64,000 nucleotides of DNA from contig NC_043015.1 in NCBI RefSeq assembly GCF_006345805.1, positions 4,960,001 to 5,024,000 on the forward strand, given 5' to 3'. Positions within the stretch are counted from its first letter, which is position 1; each line of letters opens with the position of its first letter. Below, piece after piece: positions 36,911 to 49,135 of the stretch. This stretch comes from Octopus sinensis (lineage: Eukaryota). Made by a program: the position numbers and the translations under genes. The notes beneath the pieces were generated by a model, which ran no database searches, had not been told where the DNA came from, and saw nothing but the letters and a program-made list of their open reading frames with translations.

Positions 36911-37586
36911 GCAGCAATTCATTCAATATAGACGTGTTGCGTTTTATACGGTTTCAACCATTGAATAACAATTAAATTTTAAGCCGCTTCATATGAAGCC
37001 GATGTCATTTCATTTCCTCACATTTCACCAAGATATAAGAAACTTAATATTTTTTTTTTTTTGCCTTTCATATTTATTCATCTTAATATAACTTTTTCTT
37101 TGCTCCTGCGATTAAAACTGAGTTACGTATATTGCTTTCTCTTCATTGCTTTGTTCGTGCAAATGTTTCGATTATTTGTTGATGGATTTATTTACTTATT
37201 CATTTCTATTTCAAGTCAAATTTTATGTATCATTCTCAATTCGCTATTGTTCAGTCAGTTTTTGTTTCCTTTCTTTCTTTTCTATTTCTTTATTGCTTCT
37301 ACATTTCTGTAAAACGTGTTGTGTCACAATGTACCCTATCTAGTGTTACGTACACGCAAATATCTACCAATGTGTCGACAATTCAATTCAATTCACTGTC
37401 ATTAAAATTCGAACGGAAATTTTTATAAACAATATCTCTATGTGTCTAACTGTCTAACTGTCATCTCTTATCACGTTTCCTCACTACTTCTCAGAATTCT
37501 CTTTATCACTCGCAGCTTTGTAGCGCACAGACAGATAGACACACACACACACAAAAAACACGCACAAACACACACACATATATACC

Positions 37587-37646
<60 letters not shown>

Positions 37647-37942
37647 CAAATATAATTATCTAGCAACACGTGTTGCACGTGAATATATATATGTATGTAA
37701 TATATTCCACATACTTATACATATATACATATTATATATACATACATATAGATACATGATGCCAAGGATTCAGCGGTACATATGTTTCGGGCCTTTATTA
37801 GATGGATTTATAACAATGCATAATGTGTGTCTATGGCCTTCTTCAGCCGCGCACAATTACTACCACCTACACCACCAACTGGTATATACAGGTGCTTACA
37901 ATTATCAAGTATTCACCCTGAATTTTTGTACCCAACTTACAT

Positions 37943-37973
<31 letters not shown>

Positions 37974-38003
37974 CATACATACATACATACATACATACAT
38001 ACA

Positions 38004-38037
<34 letters not shown>

Positions 38038-38620
38038 CATACATACACAGACATAGAGGAAAACGGACACTAACAGACACGATCATACGAATTCTGATAA
38101 ATAACCCAAATATTTCGTTGCTCAAACTGTTGCAAATCGCTCAACTTAAAAGTAGATTCATATATTTCGCGATAATGTAATAATATACATATGGAATATA
38201 ATAGAGAAAATTACATAAGCATAATAAAAGGCAACGCATAAATATAAATACATATTTTCTCTGAAAGATGTACCGAATTACATAACCCTATGCACAGAGA
38301 ATTATATATGCATCGATATTTTTTCTCCTATGATCGCATATAGAGGAGTACTATATCATTTATCTTATTTACGTAGACAATGCTATTATGTAGATTCTGA
38401 ATATATGGTGACCGCGTCAAATGTCAAGGGCTTCCTTTTGTGGAACATTCCTATGTTTGGAATGAATTACGGCAAAATAAGAAATAGAAAGGCAAACAAA
38501 CGTGAGCTTTATGGTGGAAATAGCTATAAATATTTCATATAATCCTTCGTTAAAAAAAATGAATATATATATATACACATACACACACATATATCTCTCT
38601 CTATCTCTCTAGTTATATTA

Positions 38621-38678
<58 letters not shown>

Positions 38679-38879
38679 GCAGAAACGGACATATATATAT
38701 ACTCATATACACACAAATATATACATATGAATGTGTGTGTGTAAGTATATGTGGATATTTATACATTTATATACATTTACATGCATATATACGCCAGTGT
38801 AATAAAATGAATATATATATATATATAAATATATATACACATGCATACACATATATCTCTCTCTATCTCTCTAGTTATG

Positions 38880-38920
<41 letters not shown>

Positions 38921-38924
38921 ACGC

Positions 38925-38947
<23 letters not shown>

Positions 38948-38955
<8 letters not shown>

Positions 38956-39271
38956 ATGTTACATTACTCGGTAGTCAAGATAAAACTCTGAGTTTCAGAT
39001 GCCGAAGTGGAAATCCACAACACCATCTCTTCGGTTATCTGGCTATTTGAAAACGTTATGAAAAAATACCGTTAAAAATGAAGGGAAATTACTCTGTTAT
39101 AACTCTGCTTTGCCTGCGTACTTATACATCGCTCGCGTTTTTCGTCATAAAAATTATATAAAAATACATAAAAATATATAAAAATATATAAAAATATATA
39201 AAAATATATAAAATCTTCTTGGGACATAACACAGAAAGCATGTTCTATCCGTTTTCTTTAGGGGACCAAAA
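38948..39271 (-). repeat. Inverted copy of the PLE 3' pseudo-LTR (left arm)
   Basis: Reverse complement of 40775-41088. By eye it differs by one extra AAAATATATA unit and one substitution. Confidence 0.95.
38978..39040 (-). ncRNA. Variant hammerhead ribozyme fold (left-arm copy)
   Basis: Exact reverse complement of 40996-41058. Confidence 0.55.
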
Positions 39272-40801
39272 GTCAGAACTAGGGATTATTAGCAAAGAAA
39301 TTTTAGATAAAATAAATACGAAAATTAAGACCGATACTAGGCTAGTGCAATGGTCCAATAGTATAGAAGTCGTAGACTGGTTTAAAGCTATTAAGAATAA
39401 GAAAAAAGCGAGGTTTACACAATTCGATATTGTTGATTTTTATGCCTCTGTCTCTAAAGAACTGCTAGATAAAGCCCTAATCTTCGCTAGTGACTTCATA
39501 GAAATTAGTACCAATGATAAGGATATAATCTTCCATGCTAGAAAGACATTATTTTCAGTGAGAATGCAAAGTGGGTAAAAAACACCGACACGGAGGGCGC
39601 TTTCGATGTGAGCATGGGTTCATATGATGGGGCAGGCATCTGTGATCTAATTGGTCTCTTTCTCCTAGATACCTTCGGTAAGACATTCCCTAACGTACAT
39701 TTCGCCATCTACAAAGATGATGCCCTCGCCTTAACAGCTAATACAAATGGACCAGCACAAGATCGTTTTAGGAAGGATATTGTCCAGTTAATGAAACACT
39801 TCGGACTTAGTATAACTATAGACACTAACCTGACGGTTGTCAATTTCTTAGACGTTTCCTTAGATCTTAATAATAATATTTATAAGCCTTATAGGAAGCC
39901 CAATGATAGACTAAGTTATATTAATGTAGGTTCATGCCATCCCCCTATAGTATTCAAAAATTTAGTTAAAAATATTAGTAAGAGGATTTCTAGCCTCTCA
40001 TCTAATGAGGACATCTTCAATAGCGTTGCCCCAGTTTATAATAAAGCTTTAAAAGATAGTGGTTTTAGCGAGAAAATAAAATATACGCCTATCACCAGCC
40101 CAACAGTAAGGAAAAGGAATAATAGAAATAGGAAGGTCATCTGGTTTACGCCCCCTTACTCACCCGAGGTGGCCTTCAATATAGGTAAATATTTCCTAGC
40201 ACTGATAGATAGACATTTTCCAGTTAACCATGCTTATAGGAAACTCTTCAATAGACACAATTTAAAAATTAGTTTTAGTTCAACTACCAATTTTAAAAAT
40301 ATAATCAATCATAACATACAAAAATCACAAGAAGAAAACAGCTGTTCATGCAGGAATAAAGAATTGTGCCCGCTAAATGGAGCTTGCATGTCCAAGACCA
40401 TCATATATGAAGCTACCGTAAACTCTATAACCACTAAAGACACCGTTTCGACGAAGAAATACGTGGGCCTGACAGAGGGTAATTTCAAGGCCAGGTTCAA
40501 TAACCAAACTTTGAGCTTTAGGCACTGGAACAAAAGAAAAGCGACACAATTATCCAATCATATTTGGTCTTTAAGAGATAAAGGTGTCGATTATAACATA
40601 CAATGGAAGATTTTGGCCAGATGTAAGCCCTACACTAACGGCAGCGGAAGGTGCGGTTTATGCGACATGGAGAGATGGCTTATCTGGAAAAGCAGCTTAG
40701 ACCCTACCACATGTCTAAATACAAGGACAGAGCTTTTCGGATCATGCCCACATGTGACTAAATTTCTGTTACGTTTTTGGTCCCCTAAAGAAAACGGATA
40801 G
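39272..40801 (+). pseudogene. PLE reverse transcriptase plus GIY-YIG endonuclease, one frameshift near 39555
   Basis: KSELGIISKEILDKIN, QFDIVDFYAS, FDVSMGSYDGAGICDLIG, YKDD, VNFLDV, VIWFTPPYS, CSCRNKELCPLNGAC, IIYEATV, YVGLTEGNFKAR, CGLC. A 397-codon stretch is free of stops. Confidence 0.92.
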
Positions 40802-41088
40802 AACATGCTTTCTGTGTTATGTCCCAAGAAGATTTTATATATTTTTATATATTTTTATATATTTTTATGTATTTTTATATAATTTTTATGACGAAAAACG
40901 CGAGCGATGTATAAGTACGCAGGCAAAGCAGAGTTATAACAGAGTAATTTCCCTTCATTTTTAACGATATTTTTTCATAACGTTTTCAAATAGCCAGATA
41001 ACCGAAGAGATGGTGTTGTGGATTTCCACTTCGGCATCTGAAACTCAGAGTTTTATCTTGACTACCGAGTAATGTAACATATTGTATA
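40775..41088 (+). repeat. PLE 3' pseudo-LTR (right arm)
   Basis: Includes the ORF end and 3' UTR; pairs with 38948-39271. Confidence 0.95.
40996..41058 (+). ncRNA. Variant type-I hammerhead ribozyme fold in the pseudo-LTR
   Basis: AGATAA-CCGAAGA-GATG...CATC-T-GAAAC-TCAGA-GTT-TTATCT. Stem I is 6 bp, stem III is ACTC/GAGT and the triplet is GUU. Deviations are U4C and an extra U before G12. Confidence 0.55.
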
Positions 41089-41362
41089 GATAAATTTCCT
41101 CTATTTACATAATATTGAGGTCTCTTTCTTTCTTTTGTTATCTTACCGTTTTATCAATATATATATATACTCATATACACACAAATATATACATATAAAT
41201 GTGTGTGTGTAAGTATATGTAGATATTTATACATTTATATACATTTACATGCATATATACGTCAGTGTAATAACATTTTATTATAATATGATAGTGAACT
41301 TGTAAGTTTAAACACAGAAACAAATGTTAAGGCTCATTAGGAACATACACATCCCACATGAA

Positions 41363-41593
41363 GGTGGCGAGTTGGCAGAAACGTTAGCACACTGGGCAAA
41401 ATGCTTAGCGGTATTTCGTCCGCCGTTACGTTTTGAATTCAAATTACGCCGGGGTCAACTTTTCATTTCAGTCTTTCGGGGTCGATAAATTAGGTAACAG
41501 TTATACACTAGGGTCGATGTAATCGACTCAATCCCTTTGTCTGTCCTTGTTTGTCCCCTCTATGTTTAGCCTTTTGTTGGCAATAAAGAAATA
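41363..41593 (+). mobile_element. Family A SINE, full length, with TSD
   Basis: Head GGTGGCGAGTTGGCAGAAACG and the family core. The direct repeat AGGAACATACA occurs at 41339-41349 and 41594-41604. Confidence 0.93.
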
Positions 41594-42556
41594 AGGAACA
41601 TACATATACCAAACCTCCACTCTGTGTGGTTAGACGAAAGCCATCAAGCATCATAATGGACAAGTGTATAAATATGAACAACGTAAGAAAAAATTATAAA
41701 TACAGAATAGCTGTTTTAATTTTCAAAAATATATGTGTTTTAGTAAATCGACTGAAACTATTGTACATGCATTTAGCTATAATTTAAAATATTTTCGATT
41801 TATCTCTTCAGCGTTTACAGAGAATAATGCAAAACGTAGTGTTGTATTTCTCCAATGTATAATCCAACTTATACAAAACTGCGTTTCTGTGATTGAAGAT
41901 TATAGATGGCTTGTGCAAAATATAGTATCTTACAAAACGAGTAGGGTGATAGAGACTATCGAATCATTACAAACAGAAGTATACACACATACACAGTCGT
42001 ACATTCACAGAACTGGACAGGTACCTACACATGACTCAGAAGCTATGTAGACAAAAACAATGATAGTCCCAATGACAAAAACAATAACATTAATAACTGT
42101 AATAATATCAAGGTATAGGTAAATTCTGACGTATATCAGAGGTGAACTGCGTGTTACCACATACTTTGAATGTTTATAAAAATGGCTTCAAAACCACGAT
42201 CTTAGGCAGAGAAATGGGTATTCGTAAGTAACTTATTCTTTGGACAGTGATAAGTGGTGTACTTGAAATCCCATTCGCAAGTATCCAATATTTGGGTTGG
42301 CATTCAATCACTCATAGATACGCAACGAAATCTAGACCCGTACGAGAATTTATACGTACACATACAGGCACATGTATACGTTCATACATACTCAACGATG
42401 CAGATATACATGTATAATATCATATTGAAACACTTTCACTGCTATCATGCCGTACAAAACAAAGGTATTCCACTCTGTCTGCGTGTTCACCCGGTGTCAT
42501 GTACAGGAATATATGTTTGTTCGTATTTAGGGAGTTGTAAGATAGAATACAAAGAA

Positions 42557-43663
42557 TGACCTTTAATCAATGACATTTTGCCGCCGTCTATCTGGCAACT
42601 ACATGATTCCACGCCCATAGAATTTCTGGTCCTTATCAGCCAAATCCTGAAGCAAGTACGATTTCAAGCCATCATTCAAAGAATTTTGCAAACCTCCAAA
42701 TAAATGGTATTCTAATAATGCAAGGGTAGGGCTATACGGTGGATACGACATCACTTCCCAATCAAGCTCCAATAATTTTTCAGGAGTTTGTAAAACGTGT
42801 GTCGTCCAGCGTTGTCATGCTGGAACACGATTCCTTTACGAATTGTCATTTCTGGCAGCGTTTATTTGATTGCTTCCTCCAGTTTCATTAGTTGTTGACA
42901 TTAAACTTCTTAATTGATCGTTTGGTTCCTCGGGGCAGCTCAAGATGCAAAACACCTTTGTAATCCCGGGCCTTTTCTTTATGCGATTCACCTTTCGATA
43001 TAGTCTATGCTGGTTCATTTCGCTTTGCCATGAACGTTTCGAGTGAGGTTATTATAGATAATCCATTTCTCATCACCAGATTATTTTCAAGAAAGGGTCT
43101 ATTCCATTGCGTTTGAAATGCGTATCACAAATATTAAGTGTTAAGTGTTAAGCAGTCTCTTTCAATTTATGGGGTTCTCAAATATCGAACTTTTTAACAT
43201 GTCCAAGATATTTTAAGTGATTTTCAATTGTTGTGTGTGATACATTTAACCTCTCTGCAATCTCTCAAATCAGTTATTGCTTTGATTCGGTCATCATCAA
43301 CTTCAGTACGTCGACGAGAATGTTGGTCATCTTTCGGAACGGAATTTTTAAAACCATTTCTGACATGTGCCTTCTGTTAAACGGTCAAAACGTAAACCTT
43401 AAATATATCTTTGAGAGCCTCAACAGATTTGTTATCTTTACGGAAATAAAAATGCAAACTATCGCAAAAATGTTCGTTTTTACACACCATGTTAAAACAC
43501 TGAACAAACAGGTGTAAACAAAATTACGCGCAATTTGCTTCTAAACTAAACTAAATGTAACGCCTATCAAATGTCAAAAGCCAAAAAATCATAACATTGA
43601 AAAAATTCATTCAAAAGGAACTCTATTTGCGAAAAACGAAATTACTTTCTTGTCAAACCGATA
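42557..43663 (-). mobile_element. Decayed mariner (mellifera/cecropia-like TIR)
   Basis: The TIR reads TATCGGTTTGACAAGAAAGTAATTTCGTTTTT on the minus strand from 43663. Motifs GDEKWIIYNN, QHDNAGR and WEVMSYPPYSP.LAL..YHLF. Confidence 0.88.
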
Positions 43664-44244
43664 TAATTCTTATAGATTACAAGACTGTTTTTAAAAAACT
43701 ACCGGATCAGTTAAACTTTTAAGACTACGTAGTCCACGGTCGTGTTATAGCATATATTCATGAATTCTCTAGAACTACTTCCTTCATCAGACCATGTTCA
43801 AGACGATGGGTGCTATAATTGATCCTTACCATGTATTTCGTTCTTTACAGAAGTGTTACCATTCAATGATCCGAAAATTGCAATAGATAAAAGGAAATTC
43901 GAGTTATATACACAAATGGATAGAATGAGAAACAATATTTTACAAGGCTATACATATAAAAAGATTTGTGTATAAGATTTACTAAAACATGCAAAATGTA
44001 GGAAATCCATCTCAATAGGTTTGCCATGTTTCACGAGTCATATAGAGGATCAGCAGTACGCTAGCGTTCACCGAGTATTATTTCGGAATGTCGTACACTT
44101 TCTATGTGCATTACAAATAGTTAAGTCATTACATTGGACAAGGAGGGCTCTTATAGTAACTAATAATGTATATCACTGAACATTGGGACATAACCAGCAA
44201 GAATGGGTCCCTACACCCTACGGTATAAGGTATCTGTAGAAAAA

Positions 44245-44431
44245 GGCGGTGAGCCGGCAGAAACGTTAGCACGCCGGGCGAAATGCGTACCCTATTTCGT
44301 CTGCCGTTACGTTCTGAGTTCAAATTCCGCCGAAGTCGCTTTACCTTTCATCCTTTCGGGGTCGATAAATTAAGTACAGGTTACACACTGGGGCCGATGT
44401 AATCGACTTAATACCTATGTAATAAATAAAT
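44245..44431 (+). mobile_element. Family A SINE with a perfect 15-bp TSD
   Basis: Intact head and core. CGGTATAAGGTATCT occurs at 44221-44235 and 44432-44446. Confidence 0.95.
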
Positions 44432-45057
44432 CGGTATAAGGTATCTCAATACTGAACATTAAATATGTAGCTCATCTTATCGTCAAACAGATGAATGTAA
44501 AAATGTTTATGTCTAGGTTTGGACATGTAATTGTTAGGCTTAGACGTTACAGGGTTAATAGTGTTATAATATTTGGTATTATTACGCATCAAAACCTTAA
44601 ATCAGCGCCTCTCATTATATATTATGTTTGCTTGTAAGCATTATGCACCCAGTGGCAATCTGTGAGTGTTATCAGGATGGATTATGTTGATATACTACAA
44701 AGAATAAAATCTACTTAACGGAGATAATTTCCTAAATTCTATTCAAATAATTTGCCTTCTTAACTTTCTGTCAGTGTGCAGCAACACCACTGATGTTCTA
44801 GATTATTTACATAAGCGGTCGAATATCTGAACAAAACTAACGATGTATTTCCTTGTGTTTTCTGCTGAAAACGCTGAAGAGGTAGATCGCTATATTTATA
44901 CAACTTGGTAAAGCCTTTATGCAGTTTACTGGACGGCAGATATATTTTTGAGGTTTAACATTTCAAATATTATCTTTCAGTTTTTCTTATGAACACGACA
45001 TAATATATTGCATGTCTGTGCGTGTGTGTGTGCGCGCGCTCGTGTTTGTGTGTGCAT

Positions 45058-45088
<31 letters not shown>

Positions 45089-45733
45089 AATAAAGAGAGA
45101 CACATGTATGAAGATAAGTTTATAAATGACTACAATGCTCCTTTATTAGAAGAAATATATCATAAAAATGCTTAAACTCGTACTGAGAACACAGCGTGAA
45201 ATCATCAGAGATTGTACAACAACCGAACAATTTACCTTAGTAAATTCATAATGAGAATGGAATGCATAACATTTCTGTTTCTGAACGTACATGAACGGGT
45301 TGATTCTAAACCGCTTTATCTTAATCATCCTTCTTGAAATCGTTATCTTAATTATACTTAAGCAGCGTTATCTTAATTATCCCTGTTGGCTGCATATCTA
45401 ATTAATTATTTCCACTTTGGCGAATGCTCGCATAAGACATCACATTTATTTGGTACATCAAGCTATTGTGGGCTATGAATGACACGTTAGGTGTCGGTAG
45501 CTGATGAAGTATAATGAACCAGAAACGTCGTAACACGGTGATTATTTCACATTTGTTTTATATGAAGGCTTTGTCTTTTAAGAAATTCTGGCTATAAACT
45601 AACGAAGAGCTGTGAAGGTTTTCCAAACATGAATGTGTAAGAGCTTAAGTACATATAGAGAAAAGGCTTTACCATAAATCCACAAATGCATATACAAACA
45701 CATGTGGTTGCATATATTTATACATAGATAATG

Positions 45734-45985
45734 TCATTGTTCCGTTTGATATCAAGATTTCTTGCCAACAAAGAGCCGGTTTCTAACCTAGACGCTAGGT
45801 CTCTTCATTGGAATTTCAGCATCAATAACAGGGTTTTGTATGCATGTATGTATGTACGTCATTATTTGGTTTTATTTCAAGATTCTTTGCCCATAGAGGA
45901 GCATGTTTGTTACCTAGATCCATGGCTTCTTCGTTGGAATTTCAACACCAACAGGGTATTTTCATATCTCAGTATGTATGTGAGC
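45734..45985 (+). repeat. Tandem pair of ~125-bp diverged units
   Basis: Both units contain TCAAGATT.TTGCC, ACCTAGA, CTTC.TTGGAATTTCA.CA.CAA..ACAGGGT and end in GTATGTATGT. Confidence 0.8.
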
Positions 45986-46375
45986 AGTTTTGTATGTTTT
46001 GTCGTATATATGTATTCTCATGCATATGGTAGCATATTTAGACATTCACATATATACTTCAATGATACACATTTACAGATTTTTACAGTTCCATTAATGA
46101 CTTACATATGTAGCCTTCGCATAAGCTCTCTCCTTTCTGGTTTTCAGAAGCTTCATTTCTCAATATTGTCATTTAGGCAATATGTTACATACCCCGGTGC
46201 CACAATAATTATAGGTATAAATCTGAACTTGTATTCTGGATAGAGTAGCTGTACATCCCTCAGTTTTTCTTTTTGGGAATCTTTAGATTTATGTTAACAT
46301 ACATGTATTTATGTATGTATGTATGTTTGTATTATGTATACATGTCTGTGTGTATGTATGTAAGCATGCGTGTAG

Positions 46376-46406
<31 letters not shown>

Positions 46407-46469
46407 GAGAGAGAGAGAGTTAGAGACAGACAGACAGACAAACAGGCATACAGACAGACAGACACATGG

Positions 46470-46760
46470 GGTTTCTTAGACGGAAAGCAGCCTGTCGTTT
46501 ATATATGTGTGTGTGTATGTATGTACGTATATATGTATGTATGTGTCTGTGGTCCTGCATTTGTCCTCCATCACCTCTTCGACAACGGTGTCGGTGTGTT
46601 TACGTCCTCGTTACTTAGCATCTCGGCATGAGAGAACGATACAATAGGTTTCAGGCACAAATATAAGTCCTGCAATCTATTCATTCGGCTAAAAACATCA
46701 AGGCGGTGCTCCAGCATGACCGGCGTCTGATGAGTGAAATCGGTAAAAGACAAAAGATAA
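46470..46760 (+). mobile_element. Degenerate family B SINE, head missing
   Basis: TAGACGGAAAGCAGCCTGTCG, GTGTGTTTACGTCC and AAGGCGGTGCTCCAGCATG blocks. Confidence 0.8.
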
Positions 46761-46849
46761 GTGAACGGAGAATCAAGCGGTAAAGTAAAATTTCCAGTAT
46801 ATCACTTGTGCGAAAATACTTAAGAGCTGCGGAATAAGTAGAAGGACAG

Positions 46850-46945
46850 ATGGAATATGTTTGTGCAGGATTGGAAATATAAAATCTAAAGAGAATAAGC
46901 GACAGAGAGGGAAACAATCAGATAAGGAGACCTTAAGGAAAAATA
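46850..46945 (+). repeat. ~95-bp repeat with an inverted partner at 49803-49890
   Basis: ATGGAATATGTTTGTGCAGGATTGGAA(A/G)TATAAAATCTAAAGAGAATAAGCGACAG is shared. Confidence 0.85.
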
Positions 46946-47385
46946 CAACGACGGTGTGATTGCAGTGAGAGAGAGAGAAGTGAAAACAACTAAAAATGGA
47001 GAAGAATAACTTCCAATAAAGTATTAATATGGAAACAAAACTTATATAAATATATAAAAATTATGAAAAGTCTGTGCAGGTTACATAACTCGTGAAAATG
47101 AGAGTTTGAATAACTGAGCTAGTCGAAATGGATGCAGCTGTAGCGAGATTAAGTTAGATGTTGTATATTTGCATCTATATATATATATCAGATTGTACGT
47201 ATGTACGTCTAGTCATGTATCTAGCTAAATTCAGGGAAAAAAAAAATTCCTATATATGTAAATATTTTATATACTGAACTTTGATTGATGCGTTTGTGTG
47301 TATACCTACATACAATGCCTACCTACGCATATTAATACACACATATGTAAATAAACGTCTGTATATACATTTGTGTGTAAATTCG

Positions 47386-47426
<41 letters not shown>

Positions 47427-48003
47427 AAATTCGTATATATATATATTGCTGTTTATATGTTTATATGTAAATATATATGTATGTGTGTGTGTATGCGTGT
47501 GTGAATGTGTGTGCGTATGTAATAGTAGTTCTTTAGAACTTTGTTTCAAAATTCTGTACGCAATCCATTGTATTATCACTTTCGTTTCTTTTGTTATAAA
47601 TTATTTGTTTCGTTCATATTCGCCTCAGCTTGTTTTCTTTCGCTTATATCGTCCTTCATACGTCTCAACATTAAAGACGAAACGTATATATTATTAACTA
47701 TACAACATCAAATATTTATATTACATTTCAATTACTAATATTGAAAATAAATACAGAAAATATTCGTTTATATTAATTACTGCTTCAGTAATCGTAGTCG
47801 TTTGACAATTACTTTAAGTTTGTGTTTCAAAAGAATTAATATCTCTTCAGTGAAATATTTGTAGTATCTGAAATGAACTAAATGGCCGCTAAATGAAGAA
47901 TTCTAAACGCTGTATTAATGGGAACGCTATTGCATTGACAACGGTGGATTTTGACAAAATCTTGAATACTCTAAAATTAGGGCTTTATTTAATATGATAG
48001 ACA

Positions 48004-49135
48004 TACAAGGGGCGTTCAATAAGTAATGCTCCTGACCCACTTCCCATAGCAGTAGAGCAGCGAAACTTGCCACAGTTATTAGTCTTGTTCTACATAGAAA
48101 CCACCCAGAGTTACGCATTTCTACGATTGTTTGATGCAGCTCTGGAGACCGTTTTTGTAGAAGACCCCAGCTTGGTCCTCCAACCACGAAGTGACGTCAG
48201 AAATCAAGGCTGCATCATCTGGGAAACGCTTTCCTTTCAAAAACAACTTCATGGCTGTGAAGAGGTGAAAATCAGAGGGTGCAAGGTCAAGAGAGTAGGG
48301 GCATGGGGGAGGAGTTCAGAGCCGCACGCCTGTGCTTCTGACCTGGCGACCATCGAGTTGTGGACCGGAGCGTTGTCCTGCAGGAGGAGGATGCCTTTGC
48401 TGATCTTGCCCCGCCTCTTGATTTTGATAGCTTCTCTTAATTTCATCAAAAGTGAAGCATAATAGGCTCCTGTAATTGTGGTACCCTTTGCCAGGAAATC
48501 TGTCATTACTACTCCGTCTTGGTCCCAGAAGACTATGAGCATGACCTTGCTAGTGGAGGGCTGCACCCTTGCCTTCTTTGGAGGAGGTGAGTCACGGTGC
48601 TTCCACTGCATTGACTGGGCTTTTGTCTCTGGATCATAGTGATTGACCCAGGTTTCATACTGTGTAAACAGTCTTTTGAAAAATGTTGACTCATCTTCTT
48701 GGCAAATCTCCAAATTCATCCTCGAGAACTCGACGCATTCTTGCTTCCGGAACGGTGTGAGCAACCTGGAAATCCATCTGGCAGACACCTTTTGCATATG
48801 CAAATGGTCATGAATGATTGGTTTCTACAGACCCGGTACTAATCTTGACCTCATGGGCTATTTGGCGAATAGTTATGCGTCGAGCTTCCAAAATGGCAGC
48901 CTCAACTTGATGGAAAGATGCCTCATCAATAGCAGAAGGGGGCGTCCAGATCTGGGAGCTGTTTCCACAGAGTTCCGACCATGTTTGAATTCACAATGCC
49001 AGCGTTTTACAAGGCCATATGATGAGGCATCATCACCATAAGTTATTTTCATTTCATCAAAAGTCTCCCGTGGTGTGCGTCCTTTCAAATATAAAAAGCA
49101 GATCACTGCCCGACACTCAACATGCTTCATATATA
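48004..49135 (-). mobile_element. Mariner (irritans/Hsmar2-like) with a nearly complete transposase
   Basis: TA plus TIR CAAGGGGCGTTCAATAAGTAATG. The ORF from ATG 49130 has two frameshifts: MKHVECRAVI..., SGRP, KVSARWI, TQYETWVNHYDPE, LQDNAPVH, YSLDLAPSDFHLF. The other TIR is replaced by a TA run. Confidence 0.95.

Larger units (their letters stand above)
38948..41158 (+). mobile_element. Young Penelope-like element (Naiad-like), 5'-truncated, with an inverted pseudo-LTR
   Basis: RT plus GIY-YIG ORF flanked by ~314-bp inverted repeats. A further ~70-bp 3' tail ends in (TA)n. The element is inserted in a TA run. Confidence 0.93.

Noticed and set aside
38405-38490. GDRVKC, BIR-domain-like
   Set aside because: The remaining Cys/His ligands are absent and the frame is closed on both sides.
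39219-39578. ORF starting MGHNTESMFYPFSLGDQ
   Set aside because: The first 17 codons are the antisense pseudo-LTR fused by chance to the truncated RT, and the start is TTG.
39608-41088. Selenoprotein recoding, reported for some Naiad PLEs
   Set aside because: There is no in-frame TGA and the Cys positions use normal codons. ATGA...GA at ~40868-40887 is too short for a SECIS helix.
43745-43795. CTGATGAAG on the minus strand
   Set aside because: No properly placed GAAA, stem III or stem I follows. The same applies to CTGATGAG at ~36207 and ~46727.
44245-44325. tRNA genes from A/B-box-like heads, here and in other SINE copies
   Set aside because: No complete cloverleaf; each head runs into a shared SINE body and some copies have TSDs.
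45731-46243. 170-aa ORF
   Set aside because: It spans a tandem repeat and TATG runs, has AT-driven composition and no recognisable domain.
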